From assembly GCA_963768215.1 (NCBI GenBank), contig CAVYHW010000006.1, positions 426 to 64,425 on the forward strand: 64,000 bases of DNA, written 5' to 3'. Source of the stretch: an uncultured Gammaproteobacteria bacterium. Lineage in GTDB: Bacteria; Pseudomonadota; Gammaproteobacteria; SZUA-229. Position 1 is the first letter of the stretch. Each line of letters opens with the position of its first letter. The position numbers and the translations under genes are program-made. The notes beneath the pieces were generated by a model that made no database searches, had not been told where the DNA came from, and worked only from the letters and a program-made list of their open reading frames with translations. Shown here piece by piece: positions 17,513 through 27,092 of this stretch.

Positions 17513-18007
17513 TTAACCAAATAGTCGTTCATACACCGGCAGGCTTTTCTGTAAAACAGATTCAAGATAAGCAGGAACCTTGTGTGATTCCATGTCCATG
17601 CCATCGAGAAAGTTTTTTACATATAGACCTAACTCGGTATCGCCCTGCATGTGCAGGCGACGGCTGAAAAATAAAGTATCGGTATCTTCCTTGCGACTTG
17701 CCAGTAATAGATAGTTATATACTGTTCCCTGTAAAACAAGGTCTGGTGAACGGTTTTTACCGGCAGCGAGTAATTTACTATTGTCTAAAGTAAAACGGTA
17801 CTCTATGCCTGCATCTTCGATTGAAATCTGTATTATTTTATCCTGCAGAAAATCCAGTTCGCCGTCTTTCAATTCTTTAGTAAATATTCTGTTAAGTGTT
17901 GTGACTAAAGCTTTATTATGTACAAATGATGGTAGTATTTTTAACGGCAAAGAAAGCAGGGCGGGGAAGAGCGGGTGTGATTTAATATTTTTGATGGATG
18001 TTTGCAT
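17513..18007 (-). CDS. ubiT: SCP2-domain ubiquinone accessory factor UbiT (YhbT-like)
   Basis: 164 aa. ...DGELDFL...RKEDTDTLFFSRRLHMQGDTELGLYVKNFLD closely resembles E. coli YhbT. Confidence 0.7.
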   Translation of the reverse strand: MQTSIKNIKSHPLFPALLSLPLKILPSFVHNKALVTTLNRIFTKELKDGELDFLQDKIIQISIEDAGIEYRFTLDNSKLLAAGKNRSPDLVLQGTVYNYLLLASRKEDTDTLFFSRRLHMQGDTELGLYVKNFLDGMDMESHKVPAYLESVLQKSLPVYERLFG

Positions 18008-18020
18008 GATTTATAAAGCA

Positions 18021-18080
18021 GTGAATAGTTAATAGTGAACAGTTAATAGTAAAAGTTATTAGTTATTAGTTATTAGTTTG
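18021..18080. repeat. family J heptamer-repeat block
   Basis: TGAATAG TTAATAG TGAACAG TTAATAG taaa AGTTATT AGTTATT AGTTATT AGTTTG. Confidence 0.7.
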
Positions 18081-18097
18081 AACTTAAAACATATAAC

Positions 18098-18676
18098 TTA
18101 AAACCATTGTGTCTCTTGTTTACTTAGCCAGTATTTATGTATCCTGGTATCGTCTGTTAATTCTGGATGGAATGATAATGCAATATGTTTACCATAACCT
18201 ATCATCACCGCCTCATTATTGTATGTTGCCAGTACTTCAATATCGGCTGACAGTTTTTCAAAACCAGGCGCACGAATAAAAGGCGCTTTAAAAGTATTGT
18301 TGTCAAAACTCAGTTTTACCTCGGCAGTAAAACTGTGGACCTGTCGACCGTAAAAATTACGCAATGCTTTGAACGGCATTAACCCTAAAGGAGTGATACG
18401 TTCATCATCAACTTCAGTGGCCATCATAATCATGCCTGCGCATACGCCCATAACAGGATGATTGTTTGCAAATGATTTAATCGGTCCATATAAATCATAT
18501 TCCTGTAGCAGCAGGCTTATTGTGGTCGATTCACCGCCGGGTATAATTATAGCGTTACAGTCATCAAGTTCATCCGGCTTACGTATCAGCTGTGATTCAA
18601 CACCGAGCCTGGAAAGACTTTCGACATGCTTTTGATAAGCGCCCTGTAAAGCAAGGACGCCCACTGTATTATTCAT
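18098..18676 (-). CDS. pdxT: pyridoxal 5'-phosphate synthase glutaminase subunit
   Basis: 192 aa. GVLALQGA...IIPGGESTT...GVCAGMIM. Confidence 0.9.
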   Translation of the reverse strand: MNNTVGVLALQGAYQKHVESLSRLGVESQLIRKPDELDDCNAIIIPGGESTTISLLLQEYDLYGPIKSFANNHPVMGVCAGMIMMATEVDDERITPLGLMPFKALRNFYGRQVHSFTAEVKLSFDNNTFKAPFIRAPGFEKLSADIEVLATYNNEAVMIGYGKHIALSFHPELTDDTRIHKYWLSKQETQWF

Positions 18677-18695
18677 ACCGGGTATTTACCACAGC

Positions 18696-19619
18696 TTACC
18701 AGCCTCTGGCTGCCAGACGTTCCTCTTCGGGTATCTCTGACATTTCCAGACCTTTCATGCCGGGGTGTAAGCCACGGCTAACTTCAAGCAGTACGGCCGG
18801 GTCATCAAAATGGGTGGTTGCTTTTACAATGGCTGCAGCGCGGGCAGCCGGATCATCGGATTTAAAAATACCGGAGCCGACAAATACCGCCTGTGCGCCC
18901 AATTGACGTACCAGTGCGGCGTCAGCGGGTGTTGCGATACCACCAGCCGAAAAATTAGGTACCGGCAGTTCACCGTGTTCGGCAACATAACAGACCAGAT
19001 CGTAGGGTGCCCCCCATTCTTTGGCAGCACTCATTAACTGCTCTCTGCCTAGCGTAGTAAGCCGTGCTATTTCATTTTGCAGGGCGCGCATATGACGTAC
19101 CGCTTCAACAATATTGCCACTGCCAGCTTCACCCTTGGTGCGCATCATTGCCGCGCCTTCACCGATACGACGCAGCGCTTCGCCAAGGTTGGTAGAGCCG
19201 CAGACGAAAGGCACTTTAAAGTCATGTTTGTAAATATGATTGGCTTCATCAGCTGGCGTCAGCACTTCAGATTCATCGATAAAATCGACTTCCAGCGCCT
19301 GCAGTATTTGCGCCTCAGCAAAATGACCGATACGGCATTTGGCCATCACCGGAATAGAAACTGTTTCTTTAATCTGCTGGATCATGTCCGGATCAGAGGC
19401 GCGTGCAACTCCGCCATCACGTCGAATATCAGCCGGGATACGTTCCAGCGCCATGACTGCACAGGCGCCGGCATCTTCGGCGATTTTTGCCTGCACGGCA
19501 TTGGTTACGTCCATAATGGCGCCGCCTTTGAGCATTTCGGCAAGGCCGACCTTGACTTCAAAATCGCCGTTATCAGCGTTTGTGCCTTTATTAGAATTTG
19601 TATTTGTATCGTTAATCAT
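18696..19619 (-). CDS. pdxS: pyridoxal 5'-phosphate synthase lyase subunit
   Basis: 307 aa. [13 protein letters not shown]...[12 protein letters not shown]...[10 protein letters not shown]. Confidence 0.95.
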   Translation of the reverse strand: MINDTNTNSNKGTNADNGDFEVKVGLAEMLKGGAIMDVTNAVQAKIAEDAGACAVMALERIPADIRRDGGVARASDPDMIQQIKETVSIPVMAKCRIGHFAEAQILQALEVDFIDESEVLTPADEANHIYKHDFKVPFVCGSTNLGEALRRIGEGAAMMRTKGEAGSGNIVEAVRHMRALQNEIARLTTLGREQLMSAAKEWGAPYDLVCYVAEHGELPVPNFSAGGIATPADAALVRQLGAQAVFVGSGIFKSDDPAARAAAIVKATTHFDDPAVLLEVSRGLHPGMKGLEMSEIPEEERLAARGW

Positions 19620-19706
19620 TTATTTGGCTCGTGTTAGATGTTGGTTCATACAGAGGTGGACCGAATAAGCAAATATAGCATATTCGTAATTCTGAAAATA
19701 CCTTTC

Positions 19707-19950
19707 CATGATCATTGCTGTCCCGTTAACTTTTCTGAGAGGGTTACAAAGCATTGCTCTCTCTGGAAGAGTTTATATTTGTACTATCCGAGACATGAAC
19801 TGAAAGCCGTCGCCCGAGACACGCTGTCCAGAAAGATAGAAAACATGGCATCCATCTACGCTCGGATGCCGCGTCCTTGCGGCATACGGTCTCAGGCAAC
19901 GGCTTCCATCTCATGCCTCGGACAGTTAATGGGACAGCAATGTTCCATGA
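19707..19950. mobile_element. ~245-bp long-hairpin MITE-like element (family M, single copy here)
   Basis: Termini CATGATCATTGCTGTCCCGTTAAC / GTTAATGGGACAGCAATGTTCCATGA. Nested internal inverted repeats. Noticeably more GC-rich than its flanks. Confidence 0.55.
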
Positions 19951-20347
19951 TACAGGTTAATGAGTTATTAAATAATAAGCGTAAAGATGAAAGCCTGAGT
20001 TTGCTAGGGAGCCTCTGATTAAGTCATGAATCGACATCTTGTGATTAAAATGTCCTGTCTCTGCGTTGTGGAACTTCGCAATAGCCCTGCTATTACGCGC
20101 GTTCCACGCCTTGAACCAGAACATTTTAACCGACAATCTGTTCGACCCAGACTTATTCAGAGATTCCCCAGGTTTTATTCCGGGTTCTTGATCTGTATCA
20201 TTTGCGTAATTAAATAATGTATGTAGTTTCATGCCTTGTTACAGCTATGGACATTGTGAGCTGTTTTCCAGGAGTGCATACGATCCCTGTATAAGTATTG
20301 GCCCCTGCAGGCATGGAAAGCAGATTAATCTACAGAGTGATAACTAT

Positions 20348-21559
20348 ATGTTAAATATCGATGGAGAAGTTGTTGGTTCAAAACTGGCAGATTTTGGTCC
20401 GCCAGTATTACGTTTAGGTTTTCGCCCATTTTTTCTGGCAGCAGGCATCTTTGCCATTGTTTCAATGGTTATCTGGATGGCAAGTTATGTATTTGCGGTT
20501 GAATTTTCCTTTTCAGGTATGGGCCCTAACTTATGGCACGCACATGAAATGCTGTTTGGTTATGTAATGGCAGTGGTTGCAGGCTTTTTACTCACCGCAA
20601 TCAAAAACTGGACGGGAGTAGAGGTGCTGCGTGGCAAAATGCTGGCATTATTATTTTCTCTCTGGCTGCTCCCGCGTCTATTGTTGTTAAGCGGTTTGGT
20701 ACTGCCATTAGAGGCCATTGCTGTTATTGATGTCAGCTTTATGTTTTTGCTGGCTTTAGCCTGTTTACGGCCGGTATTAATCGTAAAACAATATAAACAG
20801 CTTGGCATCATTTCCAAACTGTTCTTGTTAATGTTGTGTAATGTGACTTTTTATCTGGGTGCGACCGGTGTTTTAGAAAATGGTGAGCAGTGGGGACTTT
20901 ATTCTGCGCTGTACATGATTATCGCTTTAATCTTTGTCATGATGCGCCGTGTGATGCCGATGTTTATTCAAAATGGTGTTGATGGCGACATAGAATTAAA
21001 AAACCGTGCCTGGGTCGATCATAGCAGCCTGATCTTATTAGTGTGTTTATGGATCAGCGATGTCTTTACTGGATATGACAGGCTAACTGCACTCTTCGCT
21101 GTACTTTTAACCGTATTACATACATGGCGACTGTCTGGCTGGTACACCGGTAAAATCTGGAGCAAGCCGCTGGTGTGGATACTGGTGGTTGCTTACGTTT
21201 CTCTTATTCTGGGTTTTGCTTTAAAGGCCTTGTCGATAACATCCGGCATATCACCGTTTTTATCGGTACATGCTTTCACTGCGGGAGGCATCGGCCTGCT
21301 TACTATAGGCATGATGTCACGAGTGTCTCTGGGGCATACCGGGCGCAATATATTTGAACCGCCTGCGATTATTTTCTGGAGTTTTGCAATATTATTACTC
21401 GGCGTTATTGTGCGAGTGATTTTCCCGCTATTTTCTATGGATTTATATATTTACTGGATGGGGCTATCACAGGTTTTATGGATAGCTGCTTTTGCTGTTT
21501 TTGTTTATGTGTATGCACCGATGTTGCTAAGTGCACGGGTTGATGGCAGAGACGGGTGA
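20348..21559 (+). CDS. nnrS: NnrS-family haem/copper membrane protein
   Basis: FRPFFLAAG...WHAHEMLFGYVMAVVAGFLLTAIKNWTG. ATG at 20348 is preferred over the ORF-track start at 20231. Confidence 0.85.
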   Translation: MLNIDGEVVGSKLADFGPPVLRLGFRPFFLAAGIFAIVSMVIWMASYVFAVEFSFSGMGPNLWHAHEMLFGYVMAVVAGFLLTAIKNWTGVEVLRGKMLALLFSLWLLPRLLLLSGLVLPLEAIAVIDVSFMFLLALACLRPVLIVKQYKQLGIISKLFLLMLCNVTFYLGATGVLENGEQWGLYSALYMIIALIFVMMRRVMPMFIQNGVDGDIELKNRAWVDHSSLILLVCLWISDVFTGYDRLTALFAVLLTVLHTWRLSGWYTGKIWSKPLVWILVVAYVSLILGFALKALSITSGISPFLSVHAFTAGGIGLLTIGMMSRVSLGHTGRNIFEPPAIIFWSFAILLLGVIVRVIFPLFSMDLYIYWMGLSQVLWIAAFAVFVYVYAPMLLSARVDGRDG

Positions 21560-21578
21560 GTGTGTTTTAAAGAAATGA

Positions 21579-21687
21579 TTCACCACAGAGGCACAGAGTG
21601 CACAGAGAAAATCTTTTTTATTATTAAGTACGCCGTAGGCGTAAAAATCTAAAAAAACCTCTGTGTACTCTGTGCCTCTGTGGTGAA
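21579..21687. repeat. family B palindrome between convergent nnrS and slt genes
   Basis: TTCACCACAGAGGCACAGAGTGCACAGAG ... CTCTGTGTACTCTGTGCCTCTGTGGTGAA. Inner hairpin TACGCC-gta-GGCGTA. Confidence 0.8.
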
Positions 21688-21704
21688 ATGCTTTTTTATT
21701 CTGG

Positions 21705-22277
21705 TTATGATTTGAACCAGCGAGCGCGTAAGGCATTCAGCACTTTGTTGCTATACACTCTTGATCCGTAACTGCCGTTGTACCTGGCCAGTGCTTTGTG
21801 CAGGTCGTTATTTTCCATGTCCATGTAATATTTTAGTATGGTGCAACCCATACGTAGATTGGTTTTCATTACAATCAGGTTGTCGTCAGATCGGCCAATT
21901 TCATCTAACCAGAATGGCATGACCTGCATCATGCCCTGTGCCCCGGATTTTGAAATAGCGTAACTGTCAAAGTGGCTTTCGACTTCAATTAATGCCAGCA
22001 CCAGTTCCGGCTGTAAGTCGGCGCGCGTGGCTTCCAGGTGAATATTTTTAAGCATGGACAGGCGGGTTTTTTCATCTTTAATAAATCGCCTCAGGCGGTT
22101 AGACATGTCCATTAGCCAGACCTCCGCATGAAAGCGGTCATCAAAACTTTCTGATGAGTTAATGGCGGATGTTAATAACTGGCGAAGTTCAGGGTCGACA
22201 GTTTGGTTGACTGCCTGCACCTGTGTGATAACAAGGATATTGAATATTAATAGTGTGTAGATTAAGCGTATGAGCAT
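21705..22277 (-). CDS. SLT-domain lytic transglycosylase
   Basis: IEVESHFDSYAISKSGAQGMMQVMPFW. The signal peptide starts at Met13 of the ORF-track frame (track start 22313). Confidence 0.8.
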   Translation of the reverse strand: MLIRLIYTLLIFNILVITQVQAVNQTVDPELRQLLTSAINSSESFDDRFHAEVWLMDMSNRLRRFIKDEKTRLSMLKNIHLEATRADLQPELVLALIEVESHFDSYAISKSGAQGMMQVMPFWLDEIGRSDDNLIVMKTNLRMGCTILKYYMDMENNDLHKALARYNGSYGSRVYSNKVLNALRARWFKS

Positions 22278-22345
22278 GCTTAAATATATACAATAAAGAT
22301 AAACTTTCCGCAAATAAACGCGAATAAAAAACTTAAAAGCCTTTT

Positions 22346-22428
22346 GTCCACAGATAAACGCAGATGAACACAGATTTTTAAAACTAAAAAATGTTTTTAT
22401 CCGTGTTTATCTGCGTTCATCTGTGGAC
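22346..22428. repeat. family A palindrome (arms of decamers CAGAT[GA]AAC[GA])
   Basis: GTCCACAGATAAACGCAGATGAACACAGAT ... ATCCGTGTTTATCTGCGTTCATCTGTGGAC. Confidence 0.85.
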
Positions 22429-22652
22429 ATACAATTTTTTTATTAGTGTTTATTCGTGGACTTGTTTTGTAGTTAAAAAACCAACAATTTCATCAACCGC
22501 CATATCCTGACTTTCTTCGGCGTCACGTTTTTTGTATTCCACTTTGTTTTCATTCAGGCCGCGATTACCAATGACGATTTAAGCGTATGAGCATGCTTAA
22601 ATATATACAATAAAGATAAACTTTCCGCTAATAAAAAACTTAAAAGACTTTT

Positions 22653-22734
22653 GTCCACAGATGAACGCAGATGCACACAGATATTTGAAAACAAAAAAGT
22701 TTTTATCCGTGTTTATCTGCGTTCATCTGTGGAC
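22653..22734. repeat. family A palindrome (duplicated copy)
   Basis: GTCCACAGATGAACGCAGATGCACACAGAT ... ATCCGTGTTTATCTGCGTTCATCTGTGGAC. Confidence 0.85.
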
Positions 22735-22755
22735 ATACAATTTTTTTATTAGTGT

Positions 22756-24471
22756 TTATTCGTGGACTTGTTTTGTAGTTAAAAAACCAACAATTTCATC
22801 AACCGCCATATCCTGGCTTTCTTCGGCGTCACGTTTTTTGTATTCCACTTTGTTTTCTTTCAGGCCGCGATCACCAATGACGATACGATGGGGGATACCT
22901 ATTAAATCAAGGTTAGCCAGCATTTCACCTAAACGTGCTTTTTCGTCGTACAGTAAAACATCCATTCCTTTTGCGGTAAGTTCGTCATGTAGTCTGAGTG
23001 CTGTATTACGCACATCTTCAGATTTCTGCATATTGATTGGTGCAATGGCGACATCAAAAGGCGCCAGGTTTTCAGGCCAGATAATGCCATTTTCATCATG
23101 GTTCTGTTCAATGGCGGCAGCGACTATACGGGTAATGCCAATGCCGTAACAGCCCATGGTCATGGTGGTGGCTTTGCCGTTTTCGTCCAGTACAGTGGCA
23201 TTCATTGCTTCGGAATATTTTTTACCCAGTTGAAAAATGTGGCCGACTTCTATGCCGCGTACAATAGATAAAGCGCCTTTACCGTCAGGGCTAATATCGC
23301 CTTCAACAATGTTTCTTAAGTCGGCACTATCGGGTATATCACAGTCACGTTCCCAGTTCACGCCGGTCAGGTGTTTACCGTCTTCATTGGCGCCACACAC
23401 AAAATCTGCACAGTGTAATGCAGCATAATCTGCAATGATTTTTATTTTTAATCCGACAGGCCCCAGTGAGCCGGCGGAGCATCCGGCAACCTGTTTGATC
23501 TGTTCATCACTGGCTAAACACAGTGGTGATGCAACGTATTCAAGCTTTGCGGCCTTGATTTCATTTAGTTCGTGGTCACCGCGTAAAACCAGGGCGACTA
23601 CAGAGTTTTCTTCACTGCCTTCAACCAGTAAAGTTTTAAGGCATTGTGTGGCAGGCACAGAAAGAAACCGGCTGACTTCTTCAATACTGTGCTGCTCAGG
23701 CGTATCAACGGTTGCTATCTCCATAGCAGGTGCAGGTCGTGGTGTTGCTGGCGGCAGTGTTTCAGCTTTTTCTATGTTTGCTGCGTATTCACTTTCGCTG
23801 GAGAAGGCAATGGCGTCTTCACCTGAATCGGCGAGCACATGAAATTCGTGTGAACTATTGCCGCCGATAGCGCCGCTGTCCGCCATCACGGCGCGAAATT
23901 TCAGGCCCATGCGGCTAAAGATATTGCTGTAGGCCTGGTACATGACATCATAGGTCGCCTGCAGGCTTTCATGATTGCTGTGAAATGAATAGGCGTCCTT
24001 CATAATAAATTCGCGTGCACGCATAACACCAAAACGAGGGCGGACCTCATCGCGGAATTTGGTTTGAATCTGGTAATAAGTAATCGGCAGTTGTTTGTAA
24101 CTGGAAAGTTCTTTACGAGCTAAATCAGTAATAATTTCTTCGTGAGTTGGGCCAAAACAGAATTCACGATTGTGACGGTCTTTTAAACGTAACAGTTCCG
24201 GACCATATTGTTCCCAGCGCCCCGATTCCTGCCATAGTTCACTGGGTTGCACGGCAGGCATCAGCACTTCCAGTGCACCACAGCTGTCCATTTCTTCACG
24301 CACAATGTTTTCGACTTTGCGCATAACACGCAGACCCAGTGGCAGCCAGGTGTAGAGTCCGGAAGCAAGCTTGCGAATCAGCCCGGCACGCAGCATTAAC
24401 TGGTGGCTGCTGATTTCAGCGTCAGAAGGGTTTTCTTTTAAAGTGGTTATTTGAAAATTAGATAAATACAT
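22756..24471 (-). CDS. proS: prolyl-tRNA synthetase
   Basis: 571 aa, full-length bacterial ProRS with editing domain ([24 protein letters not shown]...). Confidence 0.97.
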   Translation of the reverse strand: MYLSNFQITTLKENPSDAEISSHQLMLRAGLIRKLASGLYTWLPLGLRVMRKVENIVREEMDSCGALEVLMPAVQPSELWQESGRWEQYGPELLRLKDRHNREFCFGPTHEEIITDLARKELSSYKQLPITYYQIQTKFRDEVRPRFGVMRAREFIMKDAYSFHSNHESLQATYDVMYQAYSNIFSRMGLKFRAVMADSGAIGGNSSHEFHVLADSGEDAIAFSSESEYAANIEKAETLPPATPRPAPAMEIATVDTPEQHSIEEVSRFLSVPATQCLKTLLVEGSEENSVVALVLRGDHELNEIKAAKLEYVASPLCLASDEQIKQVAGCSAGSLGPVGLKIKIIADYAALHCADFVCGANEDGKHLTGVNWERDCDIPDSADLRNIVEGDISPDGKGALSIVRGIEVGHIFQLGKKYSEAMNATVLDENGKATTMTMGCYGIGITRIVAAAIEQNHDENGIIWPENLAPFDVAIAPINMQKSEDVRNTALRLHDELTAKGMDVLLYDEKARLGEMLANLDLIGIPHRIVIGDRGLKENKVEYKKRDAEESQDMAVDEIVGFLTTKQVHE

Positions 24472-24520
24472 ATTTCTTATGCTCGTTGGAATTTGCGCAT
24501 TCTAACAACTTAAAAGATAA

Positions 24521-24633
24521 GTTGGCAGTTGGCAGTTGGCAGTTATCAGTAAAAAACGAAAAAACTGTTTTAAAAGCAGCAGTGATTTTTAAAATAAGCT
24601 GCCAACTGCCAACTGCCAACTGCCAACTGTAAC
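24521..24633. repeat. family H palindrome (arms of heptamer GCCAACT / AGTTGGC)
   Basis: (A)GTTGGC x3 + AGTTATCAGT ... GCCAACT x4 + GTAAC. Confidence 0.8.
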
Positions 24634-24649
24634 TTTCTTTTCTGCCAAC

Positions 24650-24988
24650 TTAAAACGTCGTATTGTCCCATCCCCACATATGACGTTCGGGACTGGCAAA
24701 CTCGATATAAATACGGCTGCTATCGATGTTGAGTGTTGAACTGATAAATGAACAAAGTTTTTCAGAGAAACCTGCTGTATTGCTTTCAGGTAAACCAAGA
24801 CTTTTTAATTTAACATGTGCGGCAGGTGCATTGCTTCCGGCAAATATTAATGCCTGCTCGGGCTGAATTTTTACCATGACATAACTTTCAGGTTTGCCAA
24901 CAAGCTCGGCAGTTAATTTTGACGCCTGCTCTGCCAGGCTCTGCGTATTGTCGATTTTTGTATTGGTTGAGATTTCTAATAAAGGCAT
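24650..24988 (-). CDS. MIF/phenylpyruvate tautomerase-family protein
   Basis: 112 aa. The MPLLEISTN... N-terminal Pro1 signature and overall length fit the family. Confidence 0.7.
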   Translation of the reverse strand: MPLLEISTNTKIDNTQSLAEQASKLTAELVGKPESYVMVKIQPEQALIFAGSNAPAAHVKLKSLGLPESNTAGFSEKLCSFISSTLNIDSSRIYIEFASPERHMWGWDNTTF

Positions 24989-25014
24989 AATGGTTCCAAT
25001 CCGGGGTTATATAG

Positions 25015-25212
25015 GAATGGCACTTACTTAACGGCTAACCAATGGATTTAACTTGTAAATCTTTTTAACAGCTAACGAATTTCGGTAGGATGTGGTGAGG
25101 TACGAACCGCATCTGTCGCGATTGATGCGGTTCGTACCTCACCACATCCTACAAAATGCACTAGACTTTTGTCTTATAAATCATTGAGTTGTAGCTTAAG
25201 TAAGTGCCATTC
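25015..25212. mobile_element. composite family E element enclosing a family C palindrome
   Basis: Outer TIR GAATGGCACTTACTTAA / TTAAGTAAGTGCCATTC. Inner palindrome GTAGGATGTGGTGAGGTACGAACCGC... at 25084-25151. Confidence 0.7.
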
Positions 25213-25225
25213 GGGTCAGGTATGA

Positions 25226-25687
25226 TTATCGGCAAAATTCACGTTGTTTCTTTTTTGCCGCAGCCAGTCTTTGCTGGCGTTGTTTTTCAGATAAATAGCT
25301 GTATTCGCCTTTAGCGTTTTTTTCACGCATGCGGCCGCGACTTGTAATTGTGGCTATATCAGTTTTAGCTTCATTGCATAATCGTCTTTTTTCTTTTTTT
25401 GAAATAGTTGGTTTTTCAGGTTTGGCAGGCTTTTCTGCTGGTTTGGCTTCTTGTGTATTTTTATCACCGTCTTCAGTATTTTTTATGGGGCGAGGTTTTG
25501 TGGTTTCATTGTTACGGATGGTGAGCTTTTCGGCATCAGTTTTGCCTGGCCTGTCACCGTAATGTAGCTGGCCATCCTGGTCTACCCATTTGTAGACATC
25601 TGCATATAGTGGCGCCTGGAATGATAAGCAGACTATAGTCGTAATCGCGGCTGTAACTATGGTTGTAATAAGTGTTTTATTTTTCAT
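25226..25687 (-). CDS. DUF4124-like secreted protein
   Basis: 153 aa with a signal peptide. VYKWVDQDGQLHYGDRPG motif. Lys/Glu-rich centre. Confidence 0.65.
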   Translation of the reverse strand: MKNKTLITTIVTAAITTIVCLSFQAPLYADVYKWVDQDGQLHYGDRPGKTDAEKLTIRNNETTKPRPIKNTEDGDKNTQEAKPAEKPAKPEKPTISKKEKRRLCNEAKTDIATITSRGRMREKNAKGEYSYLSEKQRQQRLAAAKKKQREFCR

Positions 25688-25846
25688 TGCTGTTATTCAA
25701 CATGGGTTGGCCTGTGGTGTTACCATAGCGCTTTCGTTTGCAGTGTTTAAGTATAATTCCTTGTTAGGGATTAAATGCATTTCTGGGGTAAAATAACCGT
25801 TAACACAGGTAAAATCAACAATGTTGTACATTAAATAGGGCCTGTT

Positions 25847-26118
25847 AACACTAAATAAATTATCACTGTTGTGATTGAAAAAGTGTCAATCAAGGCGTGA
25901 GGAGAGCAGTTTGGTCCTTACAAATAAATTATGGCCAAATAAACGAAGAGCAACGCTGAGTGGCGCTTTTTCAATCACAACCCAAAGGGTCGAGGCCATT
26001 TTTCCGTCCAACTGCGTTGCCAATCGTTTGAGTAGAATGACTACACTTCACTGTTTCCGTCTTGTTAGCCAAAAAAATGGCCCCGACAGTGACAATTTAA
26101 TTAGTGTTAACAGGCCCT
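25847..26118 (+). mobile_element. MITE-like ~270-bp element, family G
   Basis: Perfect 18-bp TIR AGGGCCTGTTAACACTAA / TTAGTGTTAACAGGCCCT. Inverted copy at 54000-54266 and a solo end at 43098-43119. Confidence 0.75.
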
Positions 26119-26136
26119 GACACAGGAATTAGCAAT

Positions 26137-27033
26137 ATGGCTGACCGCCGCTTAAAAATATTTCATACTGTTGCTCGCCTGCTTAACTTTACCAAGGCGG
26201 GAGAGCATCTGCACATGACCCAGCCTGCGGTTACTTTTCAGATACGCCAGCTTGAAGACCAGTTCAATATTCGATTATTTGATCGTGCTCACAATAAAGT
26301 GACTTTGACGGACGCAGGCAAGCAGGTCTATATGTACGCCGACCGTATTCTTAAGCTGTACGATGATATGACCCACAGCATCACTGAAATGACGGGTGAC
26401 GTCAGTGGCGGGGTTTTTCTTGGTGCCAGCACCACCATTGCTGAATATATGCTGCCATTACTGATTGGCGAGTTTAAGAAAAAATTTCCTGATGTGAATA
26501 TTAGTTTGAAAGAGTCCAACTCTGAAGACATTGTTGCCATGGTTGAAAATAATGTAGTTGATCTGGCCATTGTAGAGGGTTCTGTTAACAACAAAAATTT
26601 GATTGTTGAGCAGTGCCGAGTCGATCAGCTGGTGGTGATTATGCCAAATGATCATGTGCTGGCAAAACAGCCAATATTGCATGTAAAGGATATTTTAGGC
26701 CACCCGTTTATCTGTCGTGAGAGCGGTTCAGGTACGCAGGAAACGATAACTAATTATGTTGAGCAGCATAGTCATGACAGTGTGTTAAATGTCTGTTTCG
26801 AATTAAGCAGTCCCGAGGCAATTAAGGGTGCTGTCGAGGCCGGCATGGGTATTTCGATTGTTTCTCGCGCCAGTATAGAAAAAGAATTAAAACTGGGTAC
26901 GCTTACTGCTGTCGAGCTGTCACCTAAACTGGAACGCCCGTTTGCATTTGTTCGTCAACGTTATAAATTTAAATCTCGCGCTGCCGATGAGCTGCTTGGT
27001 TTTGCCCAGGAATTTTGTAAAAAAATGGCATAA
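26137..27033 (+). CDS. LysR-family transcriptional regulator
   Basis: MADRRLKIFHTVARLLNFTKAGEHLHMTQPAVTFQIRQLE. The ORF-track start at 26104 lies inside element G1. Confidence 0.85.
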   Translation: MADRRLKIFHTVARLLNFTKAGEHLHMTQPAVTFQIRQLEDQFNIRLFDRAHNKVTLTDAGKQVYMYADRILKLYDDMTHSITEMTGDVSGGVFLGASTTIAEYMLPLLIGEFKKKFPDVNISLKESNSEDIVAMVENNVVDLAIVEGSVNNKNLIVEQCRVDQLVVIMPNDHVLAKQPILHVKDILGHPFICRESGSGTQETITNYVEQHSHDSVLNVCFELSSPEAIKGAVEAGMGISIVSRASIEKELKLGTLTAVELSPKLERPFAFVRQRYKFKSRAADELLGFAQEFCKKMA

Positions 27034-27092
27034 GGCAACCATAGCCAGATTACAGCAGCCAGAACACAGCAGCCAGATCACAACAGAACATT

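Larger units (their letters stand above)
22262..22884. repeat. tandem duplication (317 + 306 bp) spanning the proS 3' end / REP / slt 5' end junction
   Basis: 22262-22578 and 22579-22884 are near-identical, differing by a few substitutions and one ~11-nt indel. This leaves an orphan proS 3' fragment (about 22455-22578) and an orphan slt 5' fragment (about 22579-22630). Confidence 0.85.

Noticed and set aside
19957-20232. 91-aa ORF on the minus strand divergent from nnrS.
   Set aside because: No recognisable domain, and the purine-rich stretch abuts the ATG too closely for an RBS. Its 3' end begins immediately after the MITE-like element. It was kept out of the feature list for lack of support.
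25875-26120. 81- and 86-aa ORFs (MKKCQSRREESSLV...) inside family G elements (25875-26120 + and 53968-54228 -).
   Set aside because: They lie wholly within TIR-bounded non-coding repeats, differ by frame-breaking indels elsewhere in the element, and lack an RBS.
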